Assembly: GCF_004010195.1 (NCBI RefSeq)
Contig: NC_057720.1
Location: 4,248,651-4,271,515, forward strand
Length of the DNA stretch: 22,865 nucleotides
Reading direction: 5' to 3'
Source: Chiloscyllium plagiosum
Lineage: Eukaryota
The position numbers and the translations under genes were made by a program. This document shows positions 21,986 to 22,865 of the stretch, piece after piece; the first letter of the stretch is position 1, and each line of letters begins with the position of its first letter. The notes under the pieces are model-generated. The model was not told the DNA's origin and searched no databases. It saw nothing but the letters and a program-made list of their open reading frames with translations.

Positions 21986-22865
21986 CTCTGCAGGGGCATG
22001 GTAATCCAGATTGTAGCTTCAGGGTGCAGGACCTGGAGTGTAGGGAGGTTAGGAACATGGCATAAATTTCCAAGGAGGGTGTCTGTAAACAGGAAAGTGG
22101 CTTGAAGTGTGTATACTTCAATGCAAGAAGTACACGAAATAAGGTAGGTGAACTTGCAGCGTGGGTAGGTACCTGGGACTTCGATGTTGTGGCTATTACG
22201 GAGACATGACTAGAACAGGGACAGGATTGGCTGTTGCAGGTGCCAGGATTTAAATGTTTTAGTAGGGTCAGAGGTGGGGATAAAGGAGGGGGAGGTGTGG
22301 CATTGCTTGTCAAAGATAGTATTACAGTGGTGGAAAGGACGATGGATGAAGACTCGCCATATGAGGTAGTTTGGGCTGAGGTTAGGAATAGGAAAGGTCA
22401 GGTCACCCTGTTAGGAGTCTTTTACAGGCCTCCCAATAGTCCTAGAAACGTAGAAGAAAGGATAGGGAAGGTGATTCAGGAGATGAGTGACAGTAATAGG
22501 GTGGTTGTTATGGGGGACTTTAACTTTCCTGATATTGATTGGGAAAGCTATAGCTCAAGTTCGTTAGATGGGTCAGTGTTTGTTCAATGTGTGCAGGAGA
22601 GTTTCCTGACACAATATGTAGACAGGCCAACAAGAGGTGAGGCCATACTGGATTTGGTTCTGGGTAACGAACCAGGCCAGGTGTTAGAATTAGAGGTAGG
22701 TGAGCACTTTGGGGATAGTGACCATAATTCAGTGATTTTTACTCTCGTGATGGAGAGGGATAAGTGTGTACTACAGGGCAAGAATTACAGCTGGGGTAAG
22801 GGAAATTATGATGCGGTGAGGCATGACTTAGGATGCGTGGCTTGGAAAAGTAGGCTTCAAGGCAA
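21976..22865 (+). pseudogene. CR1 ORF2 N-terminal apurinic-like endonuclease domain (two premature stops)
   Basis: LKCVYFNARS, DVVAITET*L, GGGVALLVK, GVFYRPPN, VMGDFNFPDIDW, PTRGEAILDLVL and GDSDHNSV are all in one frame, which is -1 relative to ORF1. Confidence 0.93.

Larger units (their letters stand above)
21361..22865 (+). mobile_element. Young CR1 LINE, 5'-truncated within ORF1, continuing beyond the window
   Basis: Esterase ORF1 followed by APE ORF2 with no indels. Only three nonsense codons (21887, 22063, 22207). Confidence 0.95.

Noticed and set aside
20229..22865. Single CR1 with 5' inversion (twin priming)
   Set aside because: The minus part is RT sequence that would also lie downstream in the plus element, and it has more indels. 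Nested insertion of a younger element is more parsimonious, although the far junction is outside the window.

Overview
Eukaryotic, repeat-rich vertebrate DNA. The repeat families (HE1 V-SINE, HER1/CR1 LINEs, Penelope-like pLTRs) point to a cartilaginous fish, probably a shark. The window appears to be intronic sequence around one host exon (17326-17462, +). That exon carries a start codon and encodes MGDWRAITMPEAEPSP, most likely the first coding exon of SSX2IP/ADIP. The rest is a mosaic of mostly decayed retroelements: many CR1 fragments, one young CR1 with esterase ORF1 and APE ORF2 running off the right edge, two families of Penelope-like elements (one nested in the other), an RTE remnant and SINEs. 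Notable signals: (i) hammerhead-ribozyme cores in the Penelope terminal repeats, including a 103-bp insertion with a 13-bp TSD; (ii) an in-frame U_UUA_AAC slippery heptamer at the CR1 ORF1/ORF2 junction with ORF2 in the -1 frame; (iii) two in-place micro-inversions and a templated duplication inside CR1 copies. No intact long host ORF, CRISPR or prokaryotic system is present. Boundaries of decayed repeats are approximate, and family names come from motif recognition, not database searches.
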